Shown here piece after piece: positions 50,401-63,812 of a DNA stretch of 64,000 nt. A program made the translations under genes and the position numbers. Location: the NCBI RefSeq assembly GCF_009834535.1, contig NC_045698.1, positions 4,094,001 through 4,158,000 of the forward strand, given 5' to 3'. The notes beneath the pieces are model-generated. The model saw nothing but the letters and a program-made list of their open reading frames with translations, was not told the DNA's origin and did no database searches. This stretch comes from Camelus ferus. Taxonomy: Eukaryota. The stretch's first letter is position 1. Each line of letters begins with the position of its first letter.

Positions 50401-52992
50401 GCCTTTTAGTTCATGATTTTTTTGAACTACATTACAAAAGGGTTACAGTGAGTAAGTTTTAAGTCACAAGGATGACTCTTGAATATACAGGAGAATTCCA
50501 AAAGTAGCCCATTTCCACATGGAATCAGCTATTCTCTGAGTCCACCTGTGACCTCATAGCATAATAATTAAAACCTTCTATAACACTGTTTGCCTTGATC
50601 CTGTTCCCCGATGCCAGCTTTATGAAGTGTTTGATGCTAAAAGGCATTTAACTTGAAAAAAAAAAGAGCTGGTGTCTATGGAAATATCCTATTGCGACTA
50701 AGACAGAGCAGGCACTTCCCGGGTACGGGCTGCACAATCTGCAAGAAAGTAAAAGACGAAGAGAATACTTGGGAGCCATTTCTGCAGCCCAGCTCGGAGT
50801 TCAGAAATCACAAGTGGGAGCTTAAATTTGGAACCCCCCCCCCACCAACCCTTCTGCCTCCGTGCCTGGAACCCTGAGCATCTCCTGCCGTGACTGCAGC
50901 TGTCCGATCACAGAAAGTGACGTCTCAGAGACGGGGCCCTTGCTCAGGCGCTGGGCTTTATTCCACCTGCTGTTACAGTTGACTGCGCTCTGCTCTCACC
51001 TCCCCGACTGGGTGTGGAGTGAAGCAAGGAGAGGTCTCTCCCAAGAAGCTAGGCTCTGGTGGGAACCGTCAACGATGGAGAACCACTAACAAAATGCTGG
51101 TCGCCCCCCTGCCTTCCAGGTACGGATGGAGAGAACTTACTCTTCTTTCTCACTCTCCATTCCCTCCTCACTTGTCCCCAGAAAGCAAGTGGCTAGTTGG
51201 GAGTAGCCCCTGCAATGCCTGGCCCGTCACATCAGCACAGGCCCTTTTCGAGCTGCCTGCCCAGGAGAGGCCGGCATTGTCCTCTGTTCTTCAGCGACCG
51301 CGAGGCCTGCCATGCCCGGTGCGGGAGCCCTGCCTCCTCCCGCTGCTCTGCTCCAAGCTGCCTGGGCCAGAGGAATCGGTGCGAAGGGGAAGGGAGCAGA
51401 CTCTGAGGCCCAGCGTCGCCCTGCCCTGCAGCTTGCCCAGCTCTACCTGTGTGGCCTTGCATGAGCCACGCACCTGTCCATACCTGGGTATCCATTCCTG
51501 GCAAAGCGGGTTGCCTAGCGGTATCTCTTCCAGAGAGTCAGTGACTTCCCCGTGACTTGTGGTCCCAGGGTGACCGGGGACAGCGACCACATCTAATTCC
51601 TGAAATTGCTGGGATGTGACATGAGTCTGTAAGAACGCTTGGCCTTCACAAACATTGCATAGGGGTTTGCAATTACTAGTATCTTAATAATAGCATGTTG
51701 GATTCCTGTCTGGCTCATATGACTATTTCTTAATAAGTTCAGACCCCAGAGGGGAAGGGACATTGTTCAACCCACTCACACATAACTGGCAGGCTATGCC
51801 ACCAGTCAGAGGTCATTTCAGCCATGCTGGATAAGAAAGCCAGCGAGGAAAGGCTGTAGTGTGCAGAGAGAGAGGAAGGGACCAGGGCACCAGAAGCCAG
51901 ACGTGCAATAACTCTGCAACGCCTGTGGGCCCCAGGCCTCCCCGGACACTCCGCTCCCTGTCTGCCTGCCCAGCGGTGTGGGCCCTTCAGGGCACAGGCA
52001 ACAGCCCCCTGCTCCCTGGAACCTGCCCTGCTCCACTCCCCTTCGTACCCAGCACAGGGACTGCCTGACCTCTGCCAGGTTGCAGTAAGAATCGTAAATG
52101 AATGTAACACCTTGGGGTGATTAGTTTAGATCTTCATTCAGGTGGGACTTTCTGAAAGGTAACAGCACTGTTATTGGTGATCTAGTTCCACTCAGCGTCT
52201 CACCAGCAATTTAAAAGAACTGCAGTATGCCAACTCTTCCTTAAACAGGAAGGCTGGTCACTCAGTGCATGACTGCCAGCATTGTATACGTGGACGACGC
52301 TGACGCACGTGTGCATGAATGGCGTGCCCCTCAGCTAGACAGGAGGAGGGCACAGCTGGGGCTTCTAGGACGTTCCTCAGGACGCACATACTCAGCCTCT
52401 GTCTCAGCAGATCTGGCCCTGAGAAGAATGCTGCGTAGAGTCCTGTATCTGCCCAAAGAGGACTGCCGCCCACACAAATAAAGCTGAATTTGATGCTTAT
52501 CCACCCCAACCTTACCTACAACCTGCAGGTGAACTATAAGCTAGCAATCAGAACAAGCCCAAAATGGGAGCAAAATAACAACAAACCGCTTTGACCGGCA
52601 CCTTTCAAAGCCTTCACAAACCAGTGGGAGGAAAGGATTAACCCAGCCACAGATGATGCTAACAAGAATTATCCGTTTCCTACCATTTGTGACCTAAACA
52701 CTAAAAGCTTCTGCAAGTGACAGCAGATACTCCAAGACACACTTGGGTCTCCTGAAGTCATTTTCTGTTTCAATCACAGGAACATGGTGTTTAGTTACAA
52801 ATTATTGTGCCTCGTCTCGGAAGTCACACATGAAGTGACTGTGTAGACAGAAAACCTGCCCGTCATTTTACCTCCAATTGTAGCACATGTGCTGCAGAGC
52901 GAGCACATGGCATTCTACCTCCCGTGAAACACCCGCGTCTGTCCCAGAGGCTGGATCCATCACTGTTTTCCTAAATCCAAGTGATAACAAGT

Positions 52993-53527
52993 CGTGATAG
53001 CTAATCTCCAAAGCTGGCCCCACATAAGCTGCTTTCCTGATATTTACACCTCTATGTAGTCCTTCCACCATGAATCAGAGCTCGTCTACCATTCATTTTA
53101 TCCAAAATAATTTTTTGGAAGTTACACTGTACCAATTCCATGTCAAAACCTCAGGGGGGCCTGGCAGCTTCTGCTTTGGTGCTCTTGGAAGCCTTGAGAA
53201 GCCATATGGCAAGTTCAGCTACGTGGCTGGAGAGACCCAGGAGCTACTAGGAGACACCCTGGGGCTGCAAGGCGGGACCCTGGGGCTGCACGGAGATACT
53301 TAGGGGCTGCATGGAGAGGTAAAGAGGCCCATCAGCCCCAGCATCTGAGGTCAGCCTCCCTCTAACTCCAGCCCCAGCCACTATCAAACTGCAACTACTT
53401 GAAAGTAAGACCAGCAGACCCACTCACTAGTCTAGCCAACATGTAGAACCATAAGAGATAATAAAATAGCTGTAGTTTTAGTGTTTTGCACTACAAGTTT
53501 GTTACCCAGCAATGCATGGCCAAAACA
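52993..53527 (+). mobile_element. MaLR solo LTR (MLT1G/H-like)
   Basis: Contains ctccaaagctggcccc, ggcctggcagcttctgcttt, agaaccataagagataataaaat and tttgttacccagcaat. Confidence 0.8.
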
Positions 53528-54829
53528 GCAACAGCTGACCACAGCGGTGCAACCATGGGCCTGCACCTGATGGAATATTTTATTTTGGATTCTCTAGAAA
53601 GGAATGCCTTTGAAATGCTCCAGGATAGCATAGGAATGCTAATTGCAGACTGTCTTCTGCCTGGAAGGAGTAAGTTAAGAAGAGTATTTAATGAACAATG
53701 ACTAAAGGTGAGATAAAGTGTCTCCATAAACAGGTGCTGTGGAGGTGAGAGGTTCTCTCAAGCACATCTCTCTCAGGGCAGGTCCCTCAGCAGGACCACT
53801 AAAGCCCAAAGTGTGGTCCTCAGCTTTCAATGGGCTTTCTTCCTGACACTGACCTGCGTAAAAATCCCAAATGTACTGGCGAAAACAGGATCAGAAAGCA
53901 GATTGAATGACACAATTGAAAGTTTTCCCAAGATGGTCCACCTGCAGCTTTTTGGTCACATTCCATGTTGCCGTGACATCTTTGACTGTGTATCATTCAC
54001 GTGTACGTGTGCGTTGCACTTGCGTCTACTCTGTTGTATTCATGTGCTGCATACACAGCAAGACAAATACTAAAATAAAATCTACCAAGAGGAATGTCCA
54101 CAGAAGTTCCTGTGCTTTCTCCCCACACCTGCGGTATTGCTGAGCGTCCCCCCTTTGGAGACCTGCCCCAGACGGAGGATTATGCCTGCTCCACAGTCAG
54201 GCACTGTTCACATTTCAAGTGGCTAAGACACTCGTTAATGCCGCAAGTACTCTCTCTTTCTTTAGCTTCATAAAAACTGACAGAGTTTGACATTTTTATT
54301 CCTTTTTTCTAAATCCCTTCTCTGTTGACATCATAATGTTCAGCCTGTTGTGTAGGCTTTGTTCCAGGTAAGCTGATCGCATTCCCTCCCTGCACCTGTC
54401 TGGCTCCAGGCACTGGGACTGAGATGGGAAAGGTGGGCAGGGTGTGCGCCTCACACGTTGCCTCCGAAGGTGTCTTGGGAAACACCTGAAGCTTCCTGGC
54501 TTTGAGAATCAGGATGAATGCAGAATCCGAGTTGGATTACTTTCTGTGGACTATCACTGTTCTTCTCCCATCTCCCTGTTCACTCCACTCATGACAACTG
54601 GGTATAAAACAAATGAACAAAGGAGAGACTTCTCTTTCAAGAAACTTTGCTCTAATCTGAACAAGCAATCACTGAGACTTGTTAGCAGAATGCTATTTAA
54701 GTCCGTTCCTTCTACGTCCAGAGAAGGAACAGAGCTCACTTCCGCCTTCTCAAGAACGCTAAGGTTGGGTATCCTAAAGCAAAGATTTTTATTAAAGGAA
54801 AAGACAAAAAACTAACAAACTGGCAAAAA

Positions 54830-56630
54830 ATTCATCACCCAACAACATAAAATAATCTTGTATTCAAAAAATCTTAATAAGTCTGCATACTAAGGCTGCA
54901 GGATATAATAATAATGTTTAAAAAAATCAATTGAATTGTGTAAAACTTCGATATAGAACTTAATACAATAATACAATTTACAAGGTCATAAAATGTGAAA
55001 TCACTAAGATAAATTTAATAAAACATATACAAGATCTGTGCACTGAAAAGAACAAAATATCACTGAGGTAAATAACTCTAGAAGTGAAGATATATATACC
55101 ATGTTCATAGATCAGAAGACTCAAAATGTTAAGAAGTCAATTTTCCAGAAATTGATGTATACGTTCAGTGTTACTCCAATCAAAATACAATAAGATATTT
55201 TGTAAAGTTGACAAGCTGATTCTAAAATTTATATGAAAATGCAAATAATCTAGAAGAGCTGAAGCAATTTTGAAAAAGAAGAAATTGAATTCCCCACTTG
55301 ATTTAAAGACTTACTATGAATTTACAGTGGTCAAGAGCATATTAGCATAAATCTAGACATATATGACAATGAGCAGAGGATACAGTCAAGAAATAGATTA
55401 CACATATATGGTCAATCAATTTTCAAAAAGATACTAGGGTTATTCAGCGGAGGAGAAGAAAAACTTTTCAATGAATAGTGCTAGAACACTTGGACATCCA
55501 TGTGGATGCACAGTAAGTAAACCTGGCCCTTGATTATAACAGCTGTAAGTGTAAAACCTGTGGAAGAAACTAGGGGAGAAACTCTTTGTAACTTTGGGTG
55601 AGGCAAGGATTTTAAATAGGGCACAGAGAGCACAACCTGTAGAAGAAAAATAATGACACATCATAGACTTTATCAAAATTAAAAACTTCTGCACTTCAAA
55701 ATACACCAGTAAGAAAACGACAAGGTAAGCTAGACAGAGAGAAAATGTTTGTAACACATATATTCAGTAAATTATTTTCATTCCAATATCACACATACAC
55801 AATTCAATAATTAGGAAAAAAACATAATCTTTAAAAATGGCAAACTTTTTTCCCAAAGAATAGAAACAAATAGCAAAAATATACGTGAAAAGATGCTTAT
55901 CATTTTGAGTCATTAGAAAGATGTAAATTAAACCAAAGAATGGTTAATTTTTAAAACAGTGACAATGCCAAGTGGTTTCAAGGATTTGGAGCAATTGGAA
56001 CTCTCCTACAATGCTGGTGGGATGGAAAATGGCACAGCCATTTTGGTAGACAGTGGGGCAGCATACCTTGCCAAGTTAAATATGCACTTATCATAAGAAA
56101 GAAATTCCACTCCTACATAGTTCCCCGAAAGAAATAAGCGCATATGTCCACTTAAAACTTTGTTTTTGTGTGTTTTCCTAGTATCTTTATTCACAGTGAA
56201 AATCTGGAAAGACTCCAAATGTCCATTAGCCAGTGAATGGATAAACATACTGTGGACCACCCATACAAGGAGGTACTACTCACTAACAGAAATGAATAAA
56301 TTGTTGATACGTGCTCCAACATGATTGAATCTCCCAAGTCTAATGCTAAGTGAAAAACGACAGATACAGGTACTGAAGACCACATGTGATTCCATTCACA
56401 TAACAATCTAGAAAAGGCAAAACTAGAGAGATAAAAAACATACCAGTGTTTGCTAGGTGTTGAGGTTGAGGAGGGAGATTGATCACTAGGGAGAACAGAG
56501 AAACATTTGGGGGTGAAAAAATATTCTGTACCATGATTATGGCCAAATGCTACGTACTTTCATCAAAACTCACCAATTTGTACACTCAGCTCTGGTGATG
56601 TCAATATATACACCTCCACGAAGCTAAACT
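54830..56630 (+). mobile_element. Old L1 (L1MC/MD-like) ORF2 remnant plus 3'UTR
   Basis: Contains aaggctgcaggatataa, gttgacaagctgattctaaaatttatatg, actttatcaaaattaaaaacttctgc, gagcaattggaactctc and tctagaaaaggcaaaacta. Confidence 0.9.
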
Positions 56631-57086
56631 ACAGGTGGAATTTGATCTTTTTTTTATTACATTTAAAAGAGTCTAGAGTATAAACTTCAGACTGCCAGCA
56701 GTGGTTTTCGTTGGTTTGTTCTTGGGTTCTGTCTTGCAGGGGTTTTTGGATAGACATGTGGTTTTCTTTTTAGATTTCCAGAATGATTCTATACTATATG
56801 AATAATCAAAATTTAACCTTAAGGATTGTTATGATTTTCAATTTATCATAAATTCTAATAAACTATATTTGGATAGAGCGTGAATAAGAAAGCTCTTATT
56901 TTCCCCAACCATCTTTCTCTGCCAACAACTATGTCCCATAGTGACCAGCCTAATGGCAACAGAGCTCTCCCTCCTTCTATACACCAGCCAGCACCTGCCA
57001 GAACACCCTTCGTTCCTCCAAGGCTCCTTCCCTGGAGCTTTAGGGAACACCAGGAATCAGAGAGTGTCAGCAAAGGATCACCCCAT

Positions 57087-57216
57087 CCCATGGGCCCCCC
57101 ACCACGTGGACCACCCATCCATGGACCTCTCCGCACATGGACCTCCCTACAACATGGACCTTCCCACCACATGGACCACCCCACCGTATGTACTTTCCCA
57201 CCACATGGACCACCCT
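57087..57216. repeat. Degenerate 15-17-bp minisatellite with CATGGACC core, about 8 units
   Basis: Core or variant at 57089, 57105, 57120, 57136, 57153, 57170, 57187 and 57204. Confidence 0.85.
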
Positions 57217-58134
57217 GCTGCAGTGGTCTTTGTTAAAATTTCAGTCCACATAGGAACCATGCTTTCTGGACTCTTCACAAGTTTTGCCTCTCCCTTAAGG
57301 TTACAAATGCCAATACTTAAAGACTAATCTCTCGGACAAAAGCCGTAGTCCGATTCTGATTTATTGCTTTCTATGTTGTGAACATATCACATAGAAAGTT
57401 CTTTGACAGAAATGCACTTAGGGAAAGAGGGTGGGGGTGTGAGTGGAGAGAGAGAGAGGCAGCAGTCAGACACTCGCTAAAAGGGATCTGGGGGCAGGGT
57501 TTGCAGTGGAACTGGTGACCCCACTGATGAGCTCCATTCATGCTCTAGAGCTGACATCTTCATGATCTGGGACCACGTTACCCTGGAGCTGATGCTGCAG
57601 TGAGAAGTGAGGAGGTAACCCAGATATGAAGGCTCAAAATTATCCTCTTTCTGGACTTCTAGCCAGACCCCCAAATAGAACTGTGTTTATCCCTGGAATT
57701 CAGCTGAATTTTCCCGATGACAGAGTTACAAATGGCAGTTTCATCTTCTCCCACCTGGGTTCTTCATCAAGTGCAGTTCACTTGAGCTGGGATTTACATT
57801 TCTTGTGTCATATTTAAGGCTACAAGGCGGCAAGTATTATAATCTTCATTTGAAATATAGAAACTCTATGGCTGTGATAAATTATAGAATTAGCCTCTTT
57901 TACACTGCAATGAATTAATTTTGATTCAGCATTCACTGTGTACTTTCATGGGAAATGCAGTCTGCTAGTAAAGAAGGCACAGAGAATTCAGAAGGAATGG
58001 AGAGGCTCTCGGAACAGGCACTCACTCACTCACAGATGATCTCAAACTCACAAGGGAGAACTGAAGGCCCTGCGGTGAGTTCGCACACAGACTTGTTGGG
58101 AGCACGTGGCCCTGAGGCTGCGTGTAGAGCGCAG

Positions 58135-58290
58135 AAGTGTGAACTTCAGGGGTGATCATCTGGGGTTGCATCCTGGCTCTTCAACTCACTACCTCAGCAT
58201 TTAGGAGCAAGCTTCTTGTGCCCTCTGGGCCTCAGTTTTTTTACCCATCAAATGGGGCAATGGAAGTAAGAAGACAGTTGTGAGTGGAGC
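58135..58290 (+). mobile_element. MIR SINE
   Basis: ggggttgcatcctggctcttcaactcacta...ctctgggcctcagtttt...catcaaatgggg. Confidence 0.75.
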
Positions 58291-59055
58291 CCATGCTGCA
58301 GAGGTCAAGATGCAACATTGACCCACGGGCTTCGCAAATTCCCCAGCAAGTAACACAGACTCGGTAATCACCATAGAAAGTCAACCTCAAGACCAGGAGG
58401 AAAGTGTGGGCCCCTAGAGGGACTGAGCAGGAGGACCTGGACCTGGGACTGCCAGGCTATCCCATTACTGAGGCTCTGCTCTGTTCTGAGCCATCCCCCA
58501 TGAATCAAGAAAGCCCACAGACAGACAGAGTGGACAGGCCCACGTGGGGACAGTTTCATACCTTCTGCATCCCTCTTCCCCACCTCCAGGCCTCAGCAGA
58601 ACCGGGCTGGAGGAACCAGGGGGTTGGACCGTGTGGGTGGCAACCTCATTCTGCATCTGCAGGGCCTGTCTTCTCTGACGACCACACTGCCACCTCCTTC
58701 ATCAGCAGGTGACATGAACGTTTGTTCACCTTCCTGAGCCGAGGCCACAGCTCCTGATACACAGCCCCACCTGCAGGAAGTCCTAGATGTGGGTGAGGCC
58801 AGCTGCCCACAGTCAGTTCACACCCCACCTTCCCTCTGCTCTCCTTCCCACTTGTCCAGACAGCAGCTCTGGCTCAGCCCCTCCAGACACAAGTTTCCTC
58901 AGAGACACGGAGGCCTTTCCACTAAGACAGGAAGTCAGAGGAGGCCATCAGGTCCTCCTGGGAGTAAAGACTGTCTGGGCTGAGAGCACAGTGTGCAGTG
59001 AAACTCTGCAGACACCCTGCCATCCTTGCTGAAGCCCTTTCGGTGCATCACTGCA

Positions 59056-59497
59056 GGTTGTGGGCTGACTGGTGGCCCCCAAAGATATGTCCACATCTTA
59101 ACCCTGGGAACATGTGACTGTGACCTTATTTGAGGAAAGGGCATTGATACACTCCAGTTATGGATCTCAAGATTGGAACCTCATCCCAGATTATCCTGGT
59201 GGCCCTAAATCCAAGGACAAGTGTCCTAAGAGAGACACACAGAGGAGACACAGAGAAGAGGAGAATCCGTGTGCAGACAGAGACAGAGGTTGGAGGGTCT
59301 TGGCCACAAGGGACACAAGGGCCACCAGGAGCTTGAAGAGGCCAGGAAGGATCCTCCCCTGGAGGCCCTGGAGGGAGTGCAGCCCTGCTGACATCTTAGC
59401 TGTGGGCTTGTGGCCTCCAGACCTGGGAGAGAATTTTTGTTAGTTGAAACTACAAGTTTATGGTAATTTGTTAAGGCAGCATCCAGAGACCAATACA
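59056..59497 (+). mobile_element. MaLR solo LTR (MLT1C/D-like)
   Basis: Contains ggtggcccccaaagatatgtccac, gtgaccttatttg, gggagtgcagccctgctgacatctt, tggcctccaga and ggtaatttgttaaggcagc...caataca. Confidence 0.9.
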
Positions 59498-60930
59498 TTG
59501 CTCAAGAGGAAATGGTCTGAGAGCAGCTCCCCAGTAGGGCCCGTTTTGGGACCCAGATGATGCAGCCTAACCTAAAAGCAGGTGACAGCTGATACGCTTA
59601 TGAAATGCATTATAACAGAAGCAATCTCTGAGAAATCACCCAGCACTGCAGCTGACCCTCCTGCCGTCTTAATTCAAGGTAGTGAGAACCCAGGTGTGGG
59701 GCTCCTCCCAGGTCACGTGGGCATTGGTGCATTTGGAGGCAGAAGTACCAGCAGCATAGCTGGAAGAGGGGAATCTCAATCAGGCAGTCAGAACAAAGCC
59801 TCTGCAGGCTCCCCTCAAATGACTTTAATTTGGGTTTAGTGTGTGTATTAACAGGCTATCCATCACTCCATCACTCCATCACCCTGTCCTCAGTTCACTC
59901 TCTTCTTGTTTTCTCTGCTGCCAAGACCCCACGGCTCCCAAGTCAAGCCACCGCCCTCTCTTCGGGGATGCATTTTCTTGTCACTGTTTTCCCTGGCAAC
60001 TGCATTGCCCACGCATCCCACTGAACAGATGCAGGTACAGCCACAAGCTGAGCAGGGGAGTCATCACACTTCTGGGGGAGCCCCATGGTGGCCCTGCTTC
60101 CCAGCCCACTGCTGGCTGTGAATCTGCACAAACGCGCGACAGCTGGAACATCTCGCAGGGCCCCATGGTGACTTTCTGTCCACTGTCCCGTGTCCCTAGC
60201 CCGTCCACCTCCGCCTGCCAAGTCCTCATTTGCATCTGCAGCCTTCCCCAAAATGATACCTCTTCTTTGCAAAAGCTGATTCTGAGATTAAAGTGTGTTG
60301 AATCCAGTTGTTTATTTTCAAGGATAAAAATACCCAACTCAAACCTGCAGCAAAGCCCAGGATTCGGTGCACACTGTTCAGGGGACAGCATTCTCTAACA
60401 CAAGCTATTAGATAGCCAATCTGTAGAAGCAACAAGGGAATAATTAAATCTCCGGCAGGAGATTCCAATGAAATAATCTAGATGTTAAAAAAAAAATGTT
60501 AAAGGAATAAACAAATGAACAGACAAGTCTAGTGGCTTTGTGGAGCTTGGGATCTAGGTCTGCGTCAGTGCCTTAGCTGGTCTCTGCCCCGGTACTGCTT
60601 CCTGACCCTTCCAGGACTTGGCTTTTCCATCCATATGATGGACACATTCGTGATAAACGTCTCAGACTCCAGCTGGGCTGGGGAATTTGCTCGGACAATA
60701 GCCGTAAAACTGTAAAAAGTCTGGAAAACACAAAAAATCATGAATCACAATTATCCGTTCAATATTTTTAAATCATCAAAGATAATCTGTGTCGCTCTTA
60801 AAGTCCCATTGGCGGGAGGGCTCTGGAGAAAAGCATCAGCTGAACCCATGGAAACAAGGGGTGTTTGTGGGAAGAGGGGTGCTCGAGGCTCCACCCCACA
60901 ATCAACATTAACCTACACGTGTAATTAAAG

Positions 60931-61145
60931 CACTGGCTCCCAGCTGGCCATTATGTCCCCCCCAGGGAACACTGGGTAATATCCAGAGGCATTTTGATAG
61001 GCATTGGCTTTGGCGGGGGCTCCTAGTGGCATGTGCTGTTGGAGGCCAGGGACACTGCTGAACACCCTACAACACACAAGACTGACCCTGCGGCAGAGAT
61101 TTATCCAGCCCGAGATGGCCATGGTGCTGCGGCTGAGAAACCCTC
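60931..61145. mobile_element. MER20 hAT MITE
   Basis: Contains cccccagggaacactggg, ccagaggcatttt, gaggccagggacactgctgaacaccctacaacacacaag and ggctgagaaaccct. Confidence 0.88.
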
Positions 61146-62654
61146 ACCAGAGTGACCATAGGGCTCCTCCGCCTCTGTCCGGGAGGGGCCCACTCCAGCC
61201 TTGGGCAGTGCTTGAGGTCACACGCTTCAGGCTGGACCAACACCAACCCACCTGGTCCTGGGGAGAAATCCTCTCCTGGCCTTTCAGGTTAAGAGACCTG
61301 GACTTATGGTGCATCCACTATAAACGACAGAGAAATTACTTGGGAAATAAGCAAAATAAGGAGGGAAATAAAAGGGAATAAATGCTCTTTTCAGACACCA
61401 GCTGTCCCACGCCCTGGAACTCGGTGCCGCCAGGTCGTACTGCCTCCACCTGTGCGGCCACACAGGCGCGGGGGGGTGAAGACAGGGAACCTCTGTGACC
61501 CGGACAAGGAAGCAGCCAAGGAGCACTGTTCACTCAACCTTGTGTGCATGTCCCAGGTCCGCTGGATGAACCAAACATGGAACCCTCCTCGCGGAGCTTG
61601 CCAGCGAGCAGGGGAGACACCATAAACACAGCAGGAAAGAAAGAGGAAAGCAATCTGGGTTAGGGGCTGGAGGGAGGGGTGGGAAGTGAGGACGCAACCT
61701 CAGGGGTTGGACACCCTCTCAGCTCTGCAGGATTGGATCTGCTGAGGACTGAAGTACCAATTTGCAAGGTCAACCTGAAGAATGGTCCAACGACCCACGT
61801 CACTGGCACGATGCCTTTGGCTACTGCCTGAACCCACCACGTCCGGCCATAGTTCTGCCCATCTCTGTGTGCCCACCCGTCACATTTCCCAGCTCTCCAC
61901 TATGCCAAGGCCGGCTTGGTTCACTCCTTCATCTGGCCTCAGTCTACAGTCACCCAGCAGCCACACAGTGGGTCACAGCCAGTCCTCTGACCACAGCTGG
62001 CATTTAGTTCATGGCTTTTCCTGCTCCCCAAGAGCCTGGCTGCATTTGGAGTCCATCCAGATCACTTAGCTAGAAAAAAACACACGGCACAAAGAAAAGA
62101 ACTGCGAATTGAAAAGAGCTTAAATAAGCTGGCATCCGTGGGCGGGCACCCGTTTCCAGATAGCTTTATCTCTGCAGTTCACGCCCTCTGGCTGTGAGCA
62201 ATTTCAAGGCTGATGGGGTAGCAACCGGCAGACATTCTTCAGGCTGTTGTCGATTTCTCCCTGAGCTGCTGCAGGAGCCTCAGCAGAGAGATAGCTTTCA
62301 TGTTCATCTCCCACCTCATTAGGTCAAATCAAACCTTTCCAGGGCCAGGGCCCTGTTCCCAGCTCGGGAACAAGCACTTCCCCCGTGTCACTGCATTGTT
62401 CTGATGCACCATGGTCTTGTTTATCAGGAACCCGTGGAGCAGAGCATCTGCATTTGGTGCAGGGAGAGCTGTGGCCACCAGAATGTCCCAGACTTCATCC
62501 ATCTTGCCAGAATGTGACAGCCTGAGGCCACTCCCTCTTGAGCAGACTGTCTGCACCTCTCTCCTGCCACCTTTCTGCCAGAAGTGGATCACCTCTGCCT
62601 ACCCTCCAGTCTCCAGTGGGACCTCATCTCCGGGTCTTGTCCACCCTCAGCCCT

Positions 62655-62790
62655 GTGGGTTTCAAGCTTGACTTGCTCACTGGCTGGCTGTGGGCCTCAG
62701 ACAAGCCAAGGGACCTCTCTGTGCCCCAGCTACACATCCTCAAGTGTGAAATGAAAACCATACACCACCAAGCACCCTGCCTTCTGCAGG
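62655..62790 (+). mobile_element. MIR SINE
   Basis: ggctgtgggcctcagacaagc...acctctctgtgccccag...gtgaaatg. Confidence 0.6.
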
Positions 62791-63433
62791 GACAGCTAAC
62801 CGCCAGGAGTTAGCCAGGCAAAGGCAGCTCCAGGATGCCGGTGAGGAGTCACAGGTAATCATCACCCACATATATCTGGACCTCGCTTTTCAAAGGACAT
62901 CTACCATCTCTTCTTAATCCTGTTGTAGGGTTGTCCCTTGGGTGAGATCATGAGGATTTATCTTCGCATCCCCCATCTGTCCCCTGCAATCACTGGAGCC
63001 AATTGGAAAAGCCCCTTCCTTGCTTCTTCAAGGACAAAATAAATGTTGGCTAGGGCCTGAGCCAGCCTGAAATCTCAAAGGAGATGATAAATATTGGCAG
63101 AAGGAACTGATTAATAAAAGAGTGAATCAAAGTGCCCAGTACTGACCAGGCTGTGTTTTATCACTGAGCTGCTGTGGGCAGATCAGGACAGATCCCAGGG
63201 GACACTCAGAGGTCCAGACCAAGTCTAGACTTCATCATCCACTTGAGAGTATGAAACAGCCCTCATTCCGGGCTACCACAGAAATACATCCATTCATCTG
63301 ATGTTACTGAGTCCCTTTTGTGCTGGGAATTGAAGAGACAGAGGCAGACAAAGGGCAGCGGCAGATAAAGGCAGAAGGATGTGAAGGCGGTGAATTTAAT
63401 GCCGAGTAACTCTGAAGAGTCTATAGGCATCGG

Positions 63434-63588
63434 TTCCTTCCTTCCTTCCCTCCTTCTTTCCTTCCTTCCTTCCCTCCTTCTTTCCTTCCTTCCTTCCCTC
63501 CTTCTTTCCTTCCTTCCTTCCTTCCTTCCTTCCTTCTTTCCTTCCTTCCTTCTTTCCTTCCTTCCTTCCTTCCTTCCTTCCTCCCTCC
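63434..63588. repeat. (TTCC)n-type polypyrimidine STR with 24-bp higher-order units
   Basis: Read directly; ccttccttccttccctccttcttt is repeated about three times. Confidence 0.97.
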
Positions 63589-63704
63589 ACCAGTGAGTGC
63601 TCACTGAAGGCCTCTGCACCAGGCGTCAGCTCCTCTTTTATTCTGCTGCGCCATCTCTTCCTGTAGGACTGATCATCTTCCACAATGCAAATTAATGGTT
63701 TCAT

Positions 63705-63812
63705 TTATTGTATCTGTGAAGGCAGGGACCTTGGTCTGATTCACTCATTGCTGTTCCCCGGGCACCTAGAATATGGCACACGGTAGGTGAGAGTAACTAT
63801 TTCGTAGTAAGT
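63705..63812 (+). mobile_element. LINE-2 3' end
   Basis: tgtgaaggcagggaccttggtctg...ttgctgttccccgggcacctagaa...tggcacacggtagg. Confidence 0.8.

Noticed and set aside
63263..63704. KEGR/LPSF-repeat ORFs
   Set aside because: These are translations of the (TTCC)n repeat.
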